Translations under genes and position numbers: made by a program
Notes under the pieces: model-generated
Told to the model about the DNA's origin: nothing
Databases searched by the model: none
What the model saw: only the letters and a program-made list of their open reading frames with translations
In this document: piece by piece, positions 60,254-64,000 of the stretch
How positions within the stretch are numbered: position 1 is the first letter of the stretch
Layout of the letters: the number at the start of each line of letters is the position of its first letter
NCBI RefSeq assembly: GCF_009914755.1
Contig: NC_060930.1
Direction: 5' to 3' (one strand)
Length of the DNA: 64,000 nucleotides
Origin: the human T2T-CHM13v2.0 reference genome, Homo sapiens

Positions 60254-61224
60254 GAGATTATGTTATTGCATGTATCTGCTTAAATCCAAGTGAACTGTTT
60301 GAAAAGAAATAAAACAGAGGTCTCTGGGAGACTCTTAAAATGGAGAAATTGGGGGCATGTCATGAAAGGTATGCTCCATAATTGGAAGAATAGATATGGA
60401 AAGAGTCAATAGGTCAGAGACTATTGTACTTCCTCTTAATTTTTAGGGACGCTTTAATAAAAACCATTTAGATGTCAGCTGTTAAACCATGCTTCAAGAA
60501 CTGATGGAGGATCCACAATATTGATTAAAGTGCAATGTCCATAGCTATAGATACAGATTTGTCGAGTGCCTACAACATGCAGGTATTTTATGAATGCTAA
60601 GAATACAAACGTAAGTAAAACTCTGTGTCTGCCTTCAAGAAGCACTGAGCCCAGTTGGGAAAATAGACAAGTAGCCGACACAATTATATGATAAATGCTA
60701 TAATCAGCATATAGATAAATGTATTTTTATCATGGCAGAGTATACGCAAGGGCAAGAATAAGAAAAGAGTGTGAGTTAATCCAGAAATTGCAAGTAGTTT
60801 TGAAGGCTGAAATATAATGTGGGAGAGCACAGTCTGGGGTGATGCTGATGAAAAAGGATAAATTAAATAAATAGAAATTAGATCATTATACAGTATTGGA
60901 TCATAAGTTTTACCACATATTTACTGAAAACTTATTCACAATATATAACTTTACCAAAGTCACAAGACAAGCAAATTTGCAAAAGTAGAATCTATTGGTC
61001 TGTACTTATCAGCTAGCCAAATTTAGCCACTGTGCTTTACTTGCATACACAGTTACTTAGGTGATACAAAAATTAAGTTCTGTTTTTCACTGCAACTGGG
61101 TCTGCCCGGCTGAAGCTAGGTAACGATGAATTTTAGACCGTCCAGAATGTTAGTAACTCCACTGTGCTAGATCCTTACCTAGCTGAAGACTTTCTTGACC
61201 AACAAACAATAAGACTTGCTTTAG

Positions 61225-61539
61225 GGCCGTGGGCGGTGGCTCACGCCTGTAATCCCAGCATTTTGGGAGACCGAGGCGGGTGGATCATGAGGTCAGGAGA
61301 TCGAGACCATCCTGGCGAACACGGTGAAACCCAATCTCTACTAAAAAATACAAAAAATTAGCCGGGCGTGGTGGCGGGCTTCTGTAGTCCCAGCTACTCA
61401 GGAGGCTGAGGCAGGAGAATGGCGTGAACCAGGGAGGCGGAGCTTGCAGTGAGCCCAGATCACGCCACTGCACTCCAGCCCGGGCGACAGTGCGAGACTC
61501 CGTCTCAAAAACAAAAACAAACAAACAAACAAACAAAGA
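61225..61539 (+). mobile_element. AluY with (CAAA)n tail
   Basis: AluY diagnostics. TSD aagacttgctttag (61211-61224) / aagacttgttttaa (61540-61553). Confidence 0.95.
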
Positions 61540-61837
61540 AAGACTTGTTTTAACTGTGTGTGGATTTATGGATGGTCTGATTTTGTACTGTGAAGATGAC
61601 ATCTTCAGTATTGAATTCCCACTGCCACAGTCAACCTCCCCATCTTTGTAGCAAAAAGAAACCCATAGCAGTGTTTTTTTTTTTTTGAGAGGAATTCATC
61701 ACTAGTGGTTTACTCTTATATGCAAAATAAACTTCTATGCAAAATAAACTCAGGTCTGATTTTGTCAATAATCGAAGTGTTCATTGTCTTTCCTTGAATA
61801 TCATAAATTGTTCTTCAAAAATGCATTATCAATATAT

Positions 61838-62078
61838 TTATTTTATTTATTTTTGAGACAGGTTCTTTCTCTGCTACCCAGGCTGGAGTGCAATGCAGTG
61901 GCCCGATTATAGCTCACTGTAATATAAAACTCAAAGTAATCCTCACACCTCAGCCTCCCACATAGGACTACAGGTGGTGTGCACCATCACACCTGCCTAA
62001 TTTTTGTGTGTTCATTATATAAAATGGACATTTTCTCTGTGTCCATTACACAAAATGGGTCATGCTATGTTGCCCAGT
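61838..62078 (-). mobile_element. Degenerate AluJ
   Basis: ttttgagacagg ... cccaggctggagtgca ... cacctcagcctccc ... gctatgttgcccag. Confidence 0.75.
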
Positions 62079-62234
62079 CACATTATCAATTTATATTCTT
62101 GGCAGAGTTATCTAAAATGTCCATTTGTCTGCGTTCTTACCTATGAACAATATTAACATTTATTTTAATTTTCATTGCAAAGGAAAAAAACTACTTACCT
62201 AATAAAGATTTTTTAAAGGGGATAGTTTAAAAAA

Positions 62235-64000
<1,766 letters not shown>

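Noticed and set aside
61719-61750. 15-bp direct repeat tatgcaaaataaact
   Set aside because: Short AT-rich slippage duplication with no further structure.

Overview
Human (primate) genomic DNA from inside the EYS gene (eyes shut homolog, RP25 retinitis pigmentosa locus, 6q12), transcribed on the minus strand. Four coding exons are supported by GT-AG boundaries and a continuous reading frame: 59672-59548 (125 nt), 50959-50844 (116 nt), 26733-26541 (193 nt) and 25413-23647 (1767 nt). These lengths fit EYS exons 23-26 as I recall them. They encode the last EGF repeats and the long Ser/Thr-rich linker before the laminin-G domains. The rest is AT-rich intron filled with transposon relics: a near-full-length L1PA7-like element, an L1MA3-like element carrying a twin-primed L1PA3/4 and an MSTB LTR, more than ten Alus or Alu fragments, MaLR/ERV LTRs, hAT/Tigger DNA elements, L2 and MIR. 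Subfamily names come from recall of consensus sequences, not from a search. I find no convincing new biological system. The best leads are about EYS itself. The exon 24/25 junction looks like a shifted splice acceptor that put four extra residues into an otherwise canonical EGF repeat. A GC-richer, EGF-like decayed block follows exon 26. The mucin exon contains structured or cleavable islands. Intron 24 carries a 158-bp tandem duplication outside any recognisable repeat and an AluY with no target-site duplication.
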